Below are positions 32,791 to 33,778 of a stretch of DNA of 33,778 nucleotides, in pieces. The DNA comes from a virus (Duplodnaviria; Caudoviricetes). The stretch's first letter is position 1. Every line of letters starts with the position of its first letter. Under the pieces are notes generated by a model that did not search any database, was not told the origin of the DNA, and saw nothing but the letters and a program-made list of their open reading frames with translations. The DNA lies in the IMG/VR virus record IMGVR_UViG_3300020045_002075, positions 1 to 33,778 of that record. The stretch is one strand, 5' to 3'. Position numbers and translations under genes: made by a program.

Positions 32791-32820
32791 TTGTTATTTG
32801 GAAATTATTTTGTAGTTTTG
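32791..32820 (+). promoter_or_regulatory. Bacteroidota promoter TTG-N19-TAGTTTTG (sigma/terminase arm)
   Basis: -33 and -7 consensus upstream of the ATG at 32837. Confidence 0.65.
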
Positions 32821-32836
32821 AATAAACAATCATAAT

Positions 32837-33049
32837 ATGACAAAAGGTAAAATTTTAATCGATGCAGACCAAGACCAAGCGTATAGAATATTTTACTTTG
32901 ATGAAAATTCAGTAAACGGAATGTATGTCATTGATGGCGGAACAATAGGAGTGGTTATTCATGGTTCTGACTTTATTTTACAATTCGACCAAAATATATT
33001 CGAGAAGATTAAAAATTGCTTATCTTTGAAAACTTTAGGATTTAATTAA
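32837..33049 (+). CDS. Hypothetical protein
   Basis: First ORF after the rightward promoter. Confidence 0.6.
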   Translation: MTKGKILIDADQDQAYRIFYFDENSVNGMYVIDGGTIGVVIHGSDFILQFDQNIFEKIKNCLSLKTLGFN

Positions 33050-33481
33050 ATGCTTGAACAATTAGCAAAAAAAGACAATTACTGGCGAACTATTGCATTT
33101 AGAATATGCAAGGATAGGTTTATAGCCGATGATATAGTTCAAGATATGTATATTAGATTGCACGATTGTAAAAAAAAAATAAACGATTTCTATGTAGTAA
33201 TAACAATGCGTAATATTTTCTTAGCTAATTTAAAAAAAGACAAGTTATTAATTTCAATAGGTGACAAAGACATTTTAGATAGGAGTAATGACTTTGAATA
33301 TTCAGACAATGAAAAGGAATTTATAAAAGCTTTAAAATGGTATGAAAAGGAATTAATAGAAATGACTTATGATAAATCGTTTCACGAAATTCAAAGGGAA
33401 CTAAATATAAATTACCAATTTGTTAGAAGAATATTAATCAAAACACAAAAAGGATGGCAAGACCAAAAAGCAAAGGATTAG
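33050..33481 (+). CDS. ECF-type RNA polymerase sigma factor-like protein
   Basis: Region 2-like IAFRICKDRFIADDIVQDMYIRL...MRNIFL; region 4 HTH SFHEIQRELNINYQFVRR. Confidence 0.7.
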   Translation: MLEQLAKKDNYWRTIAFRICKDRFIADDIVQDMYIRLHDCKKKINDFYVVITMRNIFLANLKKDKLLISIGDKDILDRSNDFEYSDNEKEFIKALKWYEKELIEMTYDKSFHEIQRELNINYQFVRRILIKTQKGWQDQKAKD

Positions 33482-33778
33482 GGGATACAGTAGCTAATAT
33501 TTTAGAAGATACTGGAATTAAAAAACTCGTTGAAATATTTGTAGATGGAAAAGATTGTGGATGTGAACAACGTAAACAGAAGTTAAATGAATTACTACCT
33601 TATAAATTTAAGGCACGATGTTTGACAGAGTTAGAATACAATGAATACAAAACATTTATAGAAACAAGAACCCTAACGATGGAATGGGATAAAGTTACTT
33701 GGGTTTGTGATTTATACGCGAGTGTATTCTCAAGACAGAAATGGTATCCTTGTGTTGGATGCAGTCCAAAAATATTAA
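33454..33778 (+). CDS. 5' part of the junction-spanning Cys-rich protein
   Basis: MARPKSKGLGDTVANILEDTGIKKLVEIFVDGKDCGCEQRKQKLN...; open to the end of the contig and continues at 122-174. Confidence 0.85.
   Translation, partial: MARPKSKGLGDTVANILEDTGIKKLVEIFVDGKDCGCEQRKQKLNELLPYKFKARCLTELEYNEYKTFIETRTLTMEWDKVTWVCDLYASVFSRQKWYPCVGCSPKIL
33658..33778. repeat. Terminal direct repeat, right copy
   Basis: Identical to 1-121. Confidence 0.95.

Noticed and set aside
1-33778. Alternative genetic code (stop codon reassignment)
   Set aside because: Long genes are intact under the standard bacterial code, and TAA, TAG and TGA all end genes with tight coupling.

Overview
This window is an apparently complete ~33.66 kb tailed dsDNA phage genome. 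Bases 1-121 are repeated exactly at 33658-33778, and one gene reads through that junction. It is AT-rich, lacks Shine-Dalgarno sites and has TAnnTTTG promoters and a DUF3127 SSB, which points to a Bacteroidota, probably Flavobacterium-like, host. The + strand (32837 through the junction to 20223) carries an ECF-like sigma factor, terminase, tail genes, tape measure, protease/scaffold, capsid, two tail-tube paralogs, portal, tail fibre and lysis genes. The - strand (32674 to 20301) carries early genes: a NUMOD4-HNH-AP2 endonuclease, YopX, exonuclease, SSB, NinB/NinG, adenine and cytosine methyltransferases and a DUF1376 replication initiator. I found no integrase, repressor, tRNA, CRISPR array or reverse transcriptase. 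The main unannotated signals are: (1) a ~253-nt structured ncRNA candidate with its own promoter and terminator inside the lysis module; (2) a fixed-spacing motif GTAACAAA-N14-ATTATWAWWGT in four copies, one inside a CDS, likely the late promoter read by the phage sigma factor; (3) two candidate programmed frameshift sites, a T9 run in the gene after terL and an A10/A_AAA_AAG site at the end of the portal core; (4) a kissing-loop-type leader upstream of the replication genes; (5) two identical 19-bp Fur-box-like operators at the two divergent promoter regions. All calls come from reading motifs by eye; no searches or folding programs were run.
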